The notes beneath the pieces are model-generated. The model ran no database searches and had not been told where the DNA came from. It was given only the letters and a program-made list of their open reading frames with translations. From a virus, in the IMG/VR virus record IMGVR_UViG_3300017917_002228, positions 96,496 through 160,495 of that record: DNA of 64,000 nucleotides; one strand, written 5' to 3'. The translations under genes were made by a program, and so were the position numbers. Positions 1 through 8,885 of the stretch are shown here, piece by piece. Numbering within the stretch: position 1 is the stretch's first letter; each line of letters begins with the position of its first letter.

Positions 1-2
1 CT

Positions 3-1466
3 AATGTCGACAATCAAGTGGTTGCCGGCAATTCATTTAATGTTGGCACATCTACTCTTAACTCTACATCTCTTGCTGTAAGATCTATTGTTGCAAACGG
101 ATCGATAGGAACTGCTAGTCAAGTACTATCATCTAATGGTTCTGCTATCTACTGGAGCACAACAGTAGGTTATGCAGGTTCAGCTGGTACTACTGGATTT
201 ACTGGTAGTGTTGGATTTGTTGGATCCGCAGGCACTAACGGGTTTACTGGTTCAATAGGTTTTACGGGCTCTGTAGGCTTTGTTGGTTCTACTGGTGTAG
301 GTTTTGCAGGTTCTGCAGGCACTAATGGTTTTACCGGCTCAATAGGCCCTATTGGTTATACCGGCTCTCCTGGTACTGGTGGCGGCGGTGGAGGTGGTAC
401 TATAATAGGTAATGCTGTTATTGATAACTATACAGGCAACGGTTCCAATACAGTTTATACGTTAACTACGGGCGTAACTAATCAAAATAACATTATTGTA
501 AGCGTTAATGGTCTAGTCTTAACTCCTGCAGTTCACTTTACAGTTTCTAATACAACTCTTACATTTACCTTTACTCCTGCTAATAATGATTACATAACAG
601 TTCGCAATCAAGAGCAAGGCACTGGTGTTACTGGTTTTACAGGATCTGCAGGTGCTGGTTTTACTGGCTCTTCTGGGTTTACAGGATCAGCAGGGGCTGT
701 AACTCTTAGTACTAACAATAATATTTTTTATTGGAATTCTATTATAAACGGTAACGTAGTTACCGGTAATATTCAAACAGGTGCGGTTAGTGGTGGTTCT
801 GCTACTACTTATAGTGGTTTAGCAAATGGTTTTATTTTAACTAATACAACCGGACAAAGAGGCGCAGTATATTGGGATGCTAATACATCTTCTTGGATTA
901 ATCAGGAATTTACAATAGAAGCAAGTTTTGCAGCAGCAAATGGAACTGCAGTACCAGCAGATTGGATGCAGGTTATAGTTGGTGCTAATACTATAAACTT
1001 ACCTAACAGTAGCACACTATCTGTAACTGGCGGTTACGGTATATATGTAGATTATTATAATAAAAGGTTTGCAGTAGAATTTAATCAAAGCAATACAGTT
1101 TTTATACCTTTTATTCCATTAGGTAATTCTACTACCTCTGCTGCAGCTCCAGGCGGTATTAGTGTTTATAATACAACACAGCAATTTTATACTTTAAGTT
1201 TAAAATTTTTAAATGTAAATAATAGAAGAAGATTAGATATTTACTTAAATGAATCGTTCCAAGCATCTGCAAATTTAGAAAGCTATACTCCTCTTGGTAA
1301 TCTTTTAGGAGTAGCAGCCGCTACAGGTGGTGCATCTGCAACTACTTATTTTAGACAACTAAAAGTAACTAGAGATGGTGGTGTAATAGGATTTACAGGA
1401 TCGGCAGGAACAGGTGGTATAACTACAGGCAAAACTATTGCAATGGCAATAGTCTTCGGAGGATAA
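3..1466 (+). CDS. Tail fibre/adapter protein with G-F-T-G-S repeats and a lectin-like beta domain (5'-truncated by window)
   Basis: Frame is open from base 3; many GFTGS/GFVGS triplet repeats; 'YTGNGSNTVYTL...VSVNGL' fibre module; C-terminus IAMAIVFGG. Confidence 0.7.
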   Translation, partial: NVDNQVVAGNSFNVGTSTLNSTSLAVRSIVANGSIGTASQVLSSNGSAIYWSTTVGYAGSAGTTGFTGSVGFVGSAGTNGFTGSIGFTGSVGFVGSTGVGFAGSAGTNGFTGSIGPIGYTGSPGTGGGGGGGTIIGNAVIDNYTGNGSNTVYTLTTGVTNQNNIIVSVNGLVLTPAVHFTVSNTTLTFTFTPANNDYITVRNQEQGTGVTGFTGSAGAGFTGSSGFTGSAGAVTLSTNNNIFYWNSIINGNVVTGNIQTGAVSGGSATTYSGLANGFILTNTTGQRGAVYWDANTSSWINQEFTIEASFAAANGTAVPADWMQVIVGANTINLPNSSTLSVTGGYGIYVDYYNKRFAVEFNQSNTVFIPFIPLGNSTTSAAAPGGISVYNTTQQFYTLSLKFLNVNNRRRLDIYLNESFQASANLESYTPLGNLLGVAAATGGASATTYFRQLKVTRDGGVIGFTGSAGTGGITTGKTIAMAIVFGG

Positions 1467-1467
1467 A

Positions 1468-1824
1468 ATGGCTAACCCTAATATAGTGAATGTTACTACT
1501 ATTTTCGGTAATGTTGTAGCACAGGCAGTAACAACTACAGCAGCTGCCATTGTAACTAATCCAGCAAGCTCAGGAGCTGTATATAAAATAAACAGCTTAA
1601 GTGTTGCTAACATTAATACAGCAGCTGCAGCTATTACTTTAGAAATTAATATTGGCGGTGTTAATACCTTTATTGCTAGAGCTGTTTCTGTTCCTGCTAA
1701 CTCTGCATTAGCAGTCATAGGTAAAGATACTGGTATATACCTAACAGAAAATAGCTCACTTCAAGTAACAGCTTCGGCAAACTCTTATCTACAAGCAGTA
1801 TGCAGTTTCGAACAGATAAGTTAA
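1468..1824 (+). CDS. Small virion connector protein (fibre cassette A)
   Basis: MANPNIVNVTTIFG...YLTENSSL; paralog of 5406..5768. Confidence 0.65.
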   Translation: MANPNIVNVTTIFGNVVAQAVTTTAAAIVTNPASSGAVYKINSLSVANINTAAAAITLEINIGGVNTFIARAVSVPANSALAVIGKDTGIYLTENSSLQVTASANSYLQAVCSFEQIS

Positions 1825-1825
1825 T

Positions 1826-4006
1826 ATGCGTTATAGACTTAATGGCGGAGTCATTGGACCAGTAAACGATCCTAATCTTTACACTGCCCCTGGCATGTGG
1901 AGTATGACTGATGTTTACAATGGTGGCCTATCTATGTTGTGGCCTGGCCGTTTTTCTATAGAAGCTAATACCAATCTTTATTCTATAATGTACCATAATG
2001 ATGGTGCAAATACAGCTACAGTAGGCACCTTTACTGATAGCTCAACAAATAACCTTACAATTAATAGAGTAGGTAACGCTTCTCAAGGGTCAGCTAGCCC
2101 ATGGTCTGTTAAAGAAGGTTATTGGGGTGCTGCTTTTGTTAATAGAAGTTATATTAATTCAGTAACTGGTTCAGGAATGTATGCATATGTTCCTAACGGT
2201 ACTCAATTTGATATGGGTACTGGTGACTTTACATTAGAATGCTGGATTAATCCTTCATCTTTACCCGCTGCTGATACTTGGCCTACAAATTGGTTTAACC
2301 ATTCGTCATTAATAGGAAGAGGTACACCTAACGCTGGTGATGGTTATAATCTTATTTTAGGCGCTACCAAGCTTATATTTCAGAATAACGATGTGCTGAT
2401 AGCTTCAGGCAACCATAACATGTCTGTTGCTAGATGGTATCATGTTGCAGCATGTAGATCAAGCGGCACATTAAGATTGTTTGTTAACGGTGTTACTGTA
2501 GCTAACGTTGCTTTCTCTTCTTCTGTGGGTGCTGGATCTAACTTTTATATTGGATGTGAGACTGGACAAGGTGCTTTTTTTGATGGCTTAATGAGTAACA
2601 TAAGAGTTACTAAGTCGGCTCTTTATACTGCTGATTTTACTCCATCTACTACACCATTAACTAAAGTAACCAATACTTCACTTCTTACTTTCCAAAGCAA
2701 TAGATTTGTTGATAACAGCGATAATGGGGCAGCAGTAACATACGTAAATAACTGCGGTGCTACTCCTATGAGCCCGTTCTTACCAGACTGGAAATATACT
2801 CCATCTATACATGGAGGAGCGGCATATTTAGATGGTGATGGTGATAATTTTACTGTAGATGATAATGCAGTGTTTGAGTTTGGTAGCGGAGCGTTTAGCA
2901 TAGAGTGTTGGATATATCCTACTTCTCTCAAAGGCTATCAGGGTATATTGGGTAAAACTGGTACAGTCGACCAGCAAGGATGGGTTCTTACATTTGAAAC
3001 TAATAACAGAGTTTATTTTTATGCAGGTAACGGTTCTTGGACTGTTGCTATGGATTCTGGTTGGACACCTCCACCTTATCAATGGTCTCATATTGTAGTA
3101 ACTAGAGATACAAGCAACGTCTGGCGCATATTCTCTAACGGAATATTAAGAGCATCTACTACCAATAGCGTAACCTTATCTGATTATGGTGGTGCATTCT
3201 ATATTGGTAAATGGCCTTATTTTCCAAGCTACTCTACTAACAAAGATTTTGGACCTGGATTCTTTACCGGGGTAAGAGTAGTAAAAGGTGGAATGATATC
3301 TGCTTATAACACTGCTAGTACTACTGCAGGCACTAAAATTTACGACGTTCCTACAACTCCTCCATCTATTAATGATGGAGTAACAGCAGGTAGTATTGTC
3401 TTACTAGCAGGATTTACAGGTGCACAAGTATATGATGCTACAGGAAGATCAGCTGTATCCCCTATTAATGATGCTAAACTAATAGCTGGACAAGCTAAGT
3501 TTGGTACCGCATCTATGTATTTTGACGGTACTACCGACTACTATAATCTTCTAACATATCCAGGTGTACTTCCTAACGGTAATGATCTTTATACTATTGA
3601 AATGTGGATAAAACCATTAGGTTATGGTGCTTATACTATGTTTGGTTTTAACGGAGGTGGTACTAATAACTTAGCTAATACATTTAGAATGACTACTACC
3701 GGTCTAATGAACTATTGGTGGGGTAATGATTTGTCTGCTACTGTTGCAGGCTTAACTGATGGTAACTGGCATCATGTAGTAGCTCAATTTGATGGTACTA
3801 CAAGAGCTATTTACGTTGATGGTACTAGAGTAGCATCTGATACTCCTGGAACTTCTCATAACGTACCATTTGCTACCACTTATACTATAGGTAGAGGCTA
3901 TAGTACAGAAGACTTCTTTGGTTATATTGACGAGTTGGTTATTCATAGATATGCCAAATATTCTGGAACATCTTATACTGTACCAACAAGGGCTTATGAC
4001 ATCTAA
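1826..4006 (+). CDS. LamG/concanavalin-A-like multi-domain virion protein (adhesin candidate)
   Basis: Three repeats of 'GDFTLECW...WYHVA...LFVNG...RVTK'-type LamG motifs. Confidence 0.8.
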   Translation: MRYRLNGGVIGPVNDPNLYTAPGMWSMTDVYNGGLSMLWPGRFSIEANTNLYSIMYHNDGANTATVGTFTDSSTNNLTINRVGNASQGSASPWSVKEGYWGAAFVNRSYINSVTGSGMYAYVPNGTQFDMGTGDFTLECWINPSSLPAADTWPTNWFNHSSLIGRGTPNAGDGYNLILGATKLIFQNNDVLIASGNHNMSVARWYHVAACRSSGTLRLFVNGVTVANVAFSSSVGAGSNFYIGCETGQGAFFDGLMSNIRVTKSALYTADFTPSTTPLTKVTNTSLLTFQSNRFVDNSDNGAAVTYVNNCGATPMSPFLPDWKYTPSIHGGAAYLDGDGDNFTVDDNAVFEFGSGAFSIECWIYPTSLKGYQGILGKTGTVDQQGWVLTFETNNRVYFYAGNGSWTVAMDSGWTPPPYQWSHIVVTRDTSNVWRIFSNGILRASTTNSVTLSDYGGAFYIGKWPYFPSYSTNKDFGPGFFTGVRVVKGGMISAYNTASTTAGTKIYDVPTTPPSINDGVTAGSIVLLAGFTGAQVYDATGRSAVSPINDAKLIAGQAKFGTASMYFDGTTDYYNLLTYPGVLPNGNDLYTIEMWIKPLGYGAYTMFGFNGGGTNNLANTFRMTTTGLMNYWWGNDLSATVAGLTDGNWHHVVAQFDGTTRAIYVDGTRVASDTPGTSHNVPFATTYTIGRGYSTEDFFGYIDELVIHRYAKYSGTSYTVPTRAYDI

Positions 4007-4968
4007 TGCCAAGATCTAGAGGTAATGGAGGCATCACCGGGTCTATATCAAGCGCTAGTTCTACAGCAGCTAGTGGTATGTTTGGGTTATCAGATGCTGA
4101 TAATAATATTAAAAAAAGCAAATGGCCAGAAACTGTTATTCCAGCTTTTGTAGCTAACTATCTTATAGTAGCCGGAGGTGGTGGTGGTGGCGGTCCTAAT
4201 TTAGCTGCAAGCGGTGGTGGTGGTGGTGGAGGAGTTTTATCTGGTAACGTTAATCTAACAGGTCTCACTTCAGCAACTATAACAATAGGCGGCGGAGGTG
4301 CAGCAGATATAAACGGCTCTAACAGCTCTATAGCATTTGCAGGTTCAAATACTTCTACGCTTAATGCAATAGGTGGTGGTGCTGGTGGCAACTTTGTTGC
4401 TTGGAATAGTGGTGATAATGGTAGCGCTGGTGGTTCTGGTGGTGGAGGTTCTGGTAACTATTATGGTGGTTATGCAGGAGGAGCAGGAACTGCTGGACAA
4501 GGATTTGATGGTGGTTCTGGTGCTATTTTTAGTAATGGTGTTTATAAAGGTGGAGGAGGCGGTGGTGCAGGAGCTGTAGGAGGAAATGCTGGAGCAACTT
4601 CACAAGGCAATGGTGGTGATGGTCGCTATAGCTCTATATCTGGCACTAGTACAGCTTACGCCGGAGGCGGAGGTGGTGGTGCTATTAACGAAAGCGGTGG
4701 TACTTCCGGAGGTTCTGCGGGTGTAGGGGGCGGTGGTGTAGGAGGAAGAGGTAACGGCACTCAGTTAGGCACAAACGGTGGTACTAATACAGGCGGTGGA
4801 GGTGGTGGAGGTGGAAACCCAGCATGTTCTGGAGGCTCCGGGGTTATTATATTCTCTTATCCTACACTGTTTAATAATGTAGCTTCAACTACAGGTACAG
4901 TCACATATTCAGAGGCTGCAAGAAATAGAATCTTTACATTTACCGGTACTGGTAGTATAACATTCTAA
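4006..4968 (+). CDS. Glycine-rich virion protein
   Basis: YLIVAGGGGGG...GGSGVIIFSY...FTGTGSITF; paralog of 7875..8867. Confidence 0.75.
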   Translation: MPRSRGNGGITGSISSASSTAASGMFGLSDADNNIKKSKWPETVIPAFVANYLIVAGGGGGGGPNLAASGGGGGGGVLSGNVNLTGLTSATITIGGGGAADINGSNSSIAFAGSNTSTLNAIGGGAGGNFVAWNSGDNGSAGGSGGGGSGNYYGGYAGGAGTAGQGFDGGSGAIFSNGVYKGGGGGGAGAVGGNAGATSQGNGGDGRYSSISGTSTAYAGGGGGGAINESGGTSGGSAGVGGGGVGGRGNGTQLGTNGGTNTGGGGGGGGNPACSGGSGVIIFSYPTLFNNVASTTGTVTYSEAARNRIFTFTGTGSITF

Positions 4969-4970
4969 TG

Positions 4971-4978
4971 CATAAATA
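4971..4978 (+). promoter_or_regulatory. T4-type late promoter variant CATAAATA
   Basis: One mismatch to TATAAATA, about 20 nt before ORF 5000; similar xATAAATA boxes at 7848, 8869, 12075, 19423. Confidence 0.55.
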
Positions 4979-4999
4979 CATAAAACATATGGATAACTA

Positions 5000-5404
5000 A
5001 TGCCCGAATTATTTTTAAGACCATCACAGATTAGTGCAAACGGATCATCTAGTGGACAGATACTAACGTCCAACGGGTCTGTAGTTTATTGGGCAAATAA
5101 TGCAGGTGGTTCTGGTGGTGGTACTATAGAAGCTATTGCTTATGATACGTTTACTGCTAACGGCACACAAAATACATTTACATTATCCACCAGTGTTTCT
5201 AATCAAAATAATACACTAGTAACTATTAATGGTCTTCTGATGACTCCATCGCAAGACTATACTGTATCTGGTACTACACTATCATTATTATTTACACCCC
5301 TTGCTAATGCTGAGATTGAAGTTAAAAAGTTTACAATAGGATCGGCAGGACCGTCAGGTTCTTCTAAACAATCATTTTTCTATAGTACAATAATAGGCGG
5401 ATAA
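5000..5404 (+). CDS. Short fibre adapter protein (cassette B)
   Basis: Shares 'ANGS.GQ.L.SNGS..YW' and 'FTANGTQNTFTL...INGL' with ORF 3..1466 and also ends in GG. Confidence 0.7.
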   Translation: MPELFLRPSQISANGSSSGQILTSNGSVVYWANNAGGSGGGTIEAIAYDTFTANGTQNTFTLSTSVSNQNNTLVTINGLLMTPSQDYTVSGTTLSLLFTPLANAEIEVKKFTIGSAGPSGSSKQSFFYSTIIGG

Positions 5405-5405
5405 A

Positions 5406-5768
5406 ATGGCAGCCCCTAATCTTTTAAATTTAACAACAGCAATTGGTGTAACAACATTTGCAAACGTTACACAGTCAGCGGCAAACGTAGTAACTAATCC
5501 TGCAGCAAGTAACAAAGCATTTAGGCTAAACAGTCTTATGTTTGTAAGCACTGGTGTTAACACATCTGTGACAGCTTATATTAACAGTCCTGGAAGAACA
5601 CCTTCAAATACATTTGTGGTAGATGAGACTGTTCTAGTATCTAATGCTATATTTGTTGCATTAGATAAGAATACAGTAATATATTTACAAGAAGGTGAAT
5701 CTCTATTTGCTGTCGCAGCTGCAAATAATGCTGCTCATGCTATATTGACTTATGAGGATCTTTCATAA
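5406..5768 (+). CDS. Small virion connector protein (cassette B)
   Basis: Paralog of 1468..1824 (VTNPA.S; IYL.E..SL). Confidence 0.65.
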   Translation: MAAPNLLNLTTAIGVTTFANVTQSAANVVTNPAASNKAFRLNSLMFVSTGVNTSVTAYINSPGRTPSNTFVVDETVLVSNAIFVALDKNTVIYLQEGESLFAVAAANNAAHAILTYEDLS

Positions 5769-7852
5769 TGCCTAATATGGGTTTTAGAGGCATATATGCT
5801 GGTGCTAATAGTGCAATAGGCGGTAGAATTATATCTGGCGATTTAATTCCTGCAATACGAGGTAATTTTTATCCTACCTATGCTATAGGATTTACACCTT
5901 CTGATACTAATTTTAACTACACAACACTATTACTTAAAGCTGTAGGCTCTAATACTCAACAAAACTATACTTTCCTAGATTCTTCTACTAATAATTTTAC
6001 AGTCACACGAAACGGTGATGTTACCCAAGGCTCATTTTCTCCTTACGGTTTAGATGACGGGTCATGGTCAGTTTACTTTGATGGTTCAGGAGATTATTTA
6101 AGCAACGCTTCTGCTGCAGCAGCTAATTTTGGTACCGGTGATTTTACATTTGAATGTTGGGTATATTTTACAGATATGGCTTCCGCATCTTATTATCAAA
6201 TATTTGCAGCATCTAATTCTACCGGTGGTTTTCAAATTTATAAAAATACAGGATCTTCTAACTTAGTTTGGGATATTAATTCTACAAGTACAGATTTAAT
6301 AGCAACTAATATTGTTGCAAATAGATGGTATCATATAGCAGTTACTAGAAGCGGCTCGACTGTAAGAACATTTTTAGATGGTGCATTGACTTATACGTAT
6401 ACAAACAGTTTTAATTTTACTATTACTGGTGCATATATAGGAGCATTTCCCACTGGAGCTAGCTATTTTCCAGGCTATATAAGCAATTTGAGAATAGTTA
6501 AAGGGACAGCAGTTTATACTTCTGCTTTTACACCTTCTACAACAGGTCTAACAGCTATTTCCGGTACGTCACTCTTAACATGTCAAAGCAATCGTTTCAG
6601 GGATAGTTCAACAAATAACTTTACTGTTACTCGAAACGGCGACACTAAAATATCTGCTATGACTCCATTTAATCAAAATGCTCCGTATACTACAACAACA
6701 TATGGCGGATCAGCATTTTTTGATGGAACTGGAGATTATTTAAGCTGTGCTGCAAACACTGCATTTGCATTTGGCACTGGTGATTTTACAGTAGAAGCTT
6801 GGATTATGAGAACTGGAGGTTCGGGTAATCAACCTATCATGCAAAGTGATGCAATCGGATCTTCTACAAATGATAAATGGTGGTTTGCTGTTGCAAGTGG
6901 AGGTTTATTTTTTGGTACACATGCAAGTGGTGGATTTAACGTAGTAACTACTACTACATTTAACGTTAACGAATGGTATCATGTAGCGGTTACTCGTTCT
7001 TCTGGTACTATGAGAATGTTTGTTAACGGTGCAAATACAGCATTTACTACTACCGGTACACCTAGCGGATATAGCTTATCACAAAATGGTCTAGTAATTG
7101 GTGGTATGAGTACTCCTAGTTATTGGACGGGCTACATAAGTGATGCTCGTGTAATAAAAGGAACAGCGCTGTATACTAATAGTTTTACTATTCCTACTGC
7201 TCCTTTAACAGCAGTAGCTAATACCTCTTTATTATTTAATGCTTCAAATGCTGGTATAGTTGATGCAAGTAGAAAGTTTAATTTATACACAGATGGTGAT
7301 GTTAAAGTAGCCACAAACATATTTAAATATGATAAATCTTTTGCATATGATGGTACTGGTGATATAGTTAAAGTTTTATCTCCTCCTGAAGAATTAAATC
7401 TAACTACTGCTACATTTACTTTAGAGGCATGGGTATACGTATCATCACTGGCAGCAATTAGAGGTATAGCCGGTTGTGCAACTACTGCTATTGTTAATAA
7501 TGCTAGTATTGATTGGGGCTTTAGAATTAATACTAATGGTACTGTATCTTTTCTAACATGTTCTAGTACTGCTATTTTACAGGTAACCTCTACAGCTACA
7601 GTACCTTTAAATACATGGGTTCATGTTGCTGTAGTAAGAGAAGATGCTACAGCAAACGTTTACGTTAACGGTGTTGGAGTATCAGGTACTGTACATGCAA
7701 CTACAAATTCAAATAGAGGTGTATTTACTGTAGGGTCAATATCAGATATTAATCCTATGTTAGGTTATATTGAAGATTTACGACTAACTAAAAATTTCAA
7801 GCGATATACTGCTAACTTTACTCCTCCTACAGCTTCTCTACCTACACGATAA
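5768..7852 (+). CDS. LamG/concanavalin-A-like multi-domain virion protein
   Basis: Three LamG repeats (FGTGDFTFECW, FGTGDFTVEAW, FTLEAW); paralog of 1826..4006. Confidence 0.8.
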   Translation: MPNMGFRGIYAGANSAIGGRIISGDLIPAIRGNFYPTYAIGFTPSDTNFNYTTLLLKAVGSNTQQNYTFLDSSTNNFTVTRNGDVTQGSFSPYGLDDGSWSVYFDGSGDYLSNASAAAANFGTGDFTFECWVYFTDMASASYYQIFAASNSTGGFQIYKNTGSSNLVWDINSTSTDLIATNIVANRWYHIAVTRSGSTVRTFLDGALTYTYTNSFNFTITGAYIGAFPTGASYFPGYISNLRIVKGTAVYTSAFTPSTTGLTAISGTSLLTCQSNRFRDSSTNNFTVTRNGDTKISAMTPFNQNAPYTTTTYGGSAFFDGTGDYLSCAANTAFAFGTGDFTVEAWIMRTGGSGNQPIMQSDAIGSSTNDKWWFAVASGGLFFGTHASGGFNVVTTTTFNVNEWYHVAVTRSSGTMRMFVNGANTAFTTTGTPSGYSLSQNGLVIGGMSTPSYWTGYISDARVIKGTALYTNSFTIPTAPLTAVANTSLLFNASNAGIVDASRKFNLYTDGDVKVATNIFKYDKSFAYDGTGDIVKVLSPPEELNLTTATFTLEAWVYVSSLAAIRGIAGCATTAIVNNASIDWGFRINTNGTVSFLTCSSTAILQVTSTATVPLNTWVHVAVVREDATANVYVNGVGVSGTVHATTNSNRGVFTVGSISDINPMLGYIEDLRLTKNFKRYTANFTPPTASLPTR

Positions 7853-7874
7853 ATATTAATAAAAAGAGATATAG

Positions 7875-8867
7875 ATGTCTGGTAAAAAAATTGGTTCAGA
7901 TCAAATAGACGGTTCTAGAGGGTTTGTTCTCCCAACCTGGACTACGGCAGGTCGTCCTGCTAACCCTGTTAATGGTGCTATGGGATTTAATTCTAATACC
8001 GGTACTATTGAGTGGTATAGTAACGCTTACTCTAATTGGTATGGTATTAATAGCGTTCCATCATCAAATATAGAATATCTTGTTGTTGCTGGAGGAGGAG
8101 CTGGAGGATCTGGGTCTGCAGGCGGAGGGGGAGCTGGTGGATTTAGAACTGGTAGTCAATCAGTTTCATCAGCTACGTCATTCACTGTGGTTGTAGGTGC
8201 TGGAGGAGCTGGTTCTACCACTACTCCTTTTGCAACTAACGGGGCAAATTCTTCTTTTGATGTTTTTGTCTCTAATGGTGGAGGAAGAGGTGGAACTAGA
8301 GCAACACCTGATGTAGCACCAGCAACAGGTGGATCAGGAGGTGGAGGATTAGGTGATTTAGCAGCAACTTCTGCAGGTGCTGTTGGTAATACTCCAAGCA
8401 CTACACCATCACAGGGAAATCAAGGCGGAAGCAATTTAAACGGCGGGGGTTATGGGTCCGGAGGGGGAGGAGGTGCCGGAAGTGCTGGTGGTACTGCAAG
8501 CGGCTCTCTTTCTGGCAATGGTGGTGATGGTGCATATAATTCATTCTCAGGAGCAAACACAGCTTATGCAGGAGGAGGTGGTGGTGGGTCATCTGACAAT
8601 GGCGCCACAAGAGGTACAGGCGGTGTAGGTGGTGGAGGTAATGGAGGCACTAGCGGTTCTGGAAGCCCTGGTGCTACAAACAGTGGAGGAGGCGGCGGAG
8701 GAGCTGGAGGGGCTGTAGGTGGTGGAAAGACTGGAGGTAACGGTGGTTCTGGTATAGTTATAGTTAGATATCAAGGAAACCAAAAAGCAACTGGCGGTAC
8801 AGTAACTAGTGCAGGTGGTTATACTGTACACACCTTTACAAGCTCAGGTACCTTTACTACGTATTAA
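7875..8867 (+). CDS. Glycine-rich virion protein
   Basis: N-terminal LPTWTTAGRPANP motif; YLVVAGGG...GGSGIVIVRY...HTFTSSGTF. Confidence 0.75.
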   Translation: MSGKKIGSDQIDGSRGFVLPTWTTAGRPANPVNGAMGFNSNTGTIEWYSNAYSNWYGINSVPSSNIEYLVVAGGGAGGSGSAGGGGAGGFRTGSQSVSSATSFTVVVGAGGAGSTTTPFATNGANSSFDVFVSNGGGRGGTRATPDVAPATGGSGGGGLGDLAATSAGAVGNTPSTTPSQGNQGGSNLNGGGYGSGGGGGAGSAGGTASGSLSGNGGDGAYNSFSGANTAYAGGGGGGSSDNGATRGTGGVGGGGNGGTSGSGSPGATNSGGGGGGAGGAVGGGKTGGNGGSGIVIVRYQGNQKATGGTVTSAGGYTVHTFTSSGTFTTY

Positions 8868-8885
8868 TAATAAATAGGTTATATT

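Noticed and set aside
160-700. GGTTTTACTGG-type tandem repeats and GGN runs (also 4150-4850 and 8090-8760)
   Set aside because: Explained by GFTGS and poly-Gly protein repeats with synonymous variation; not a DNA repeat array
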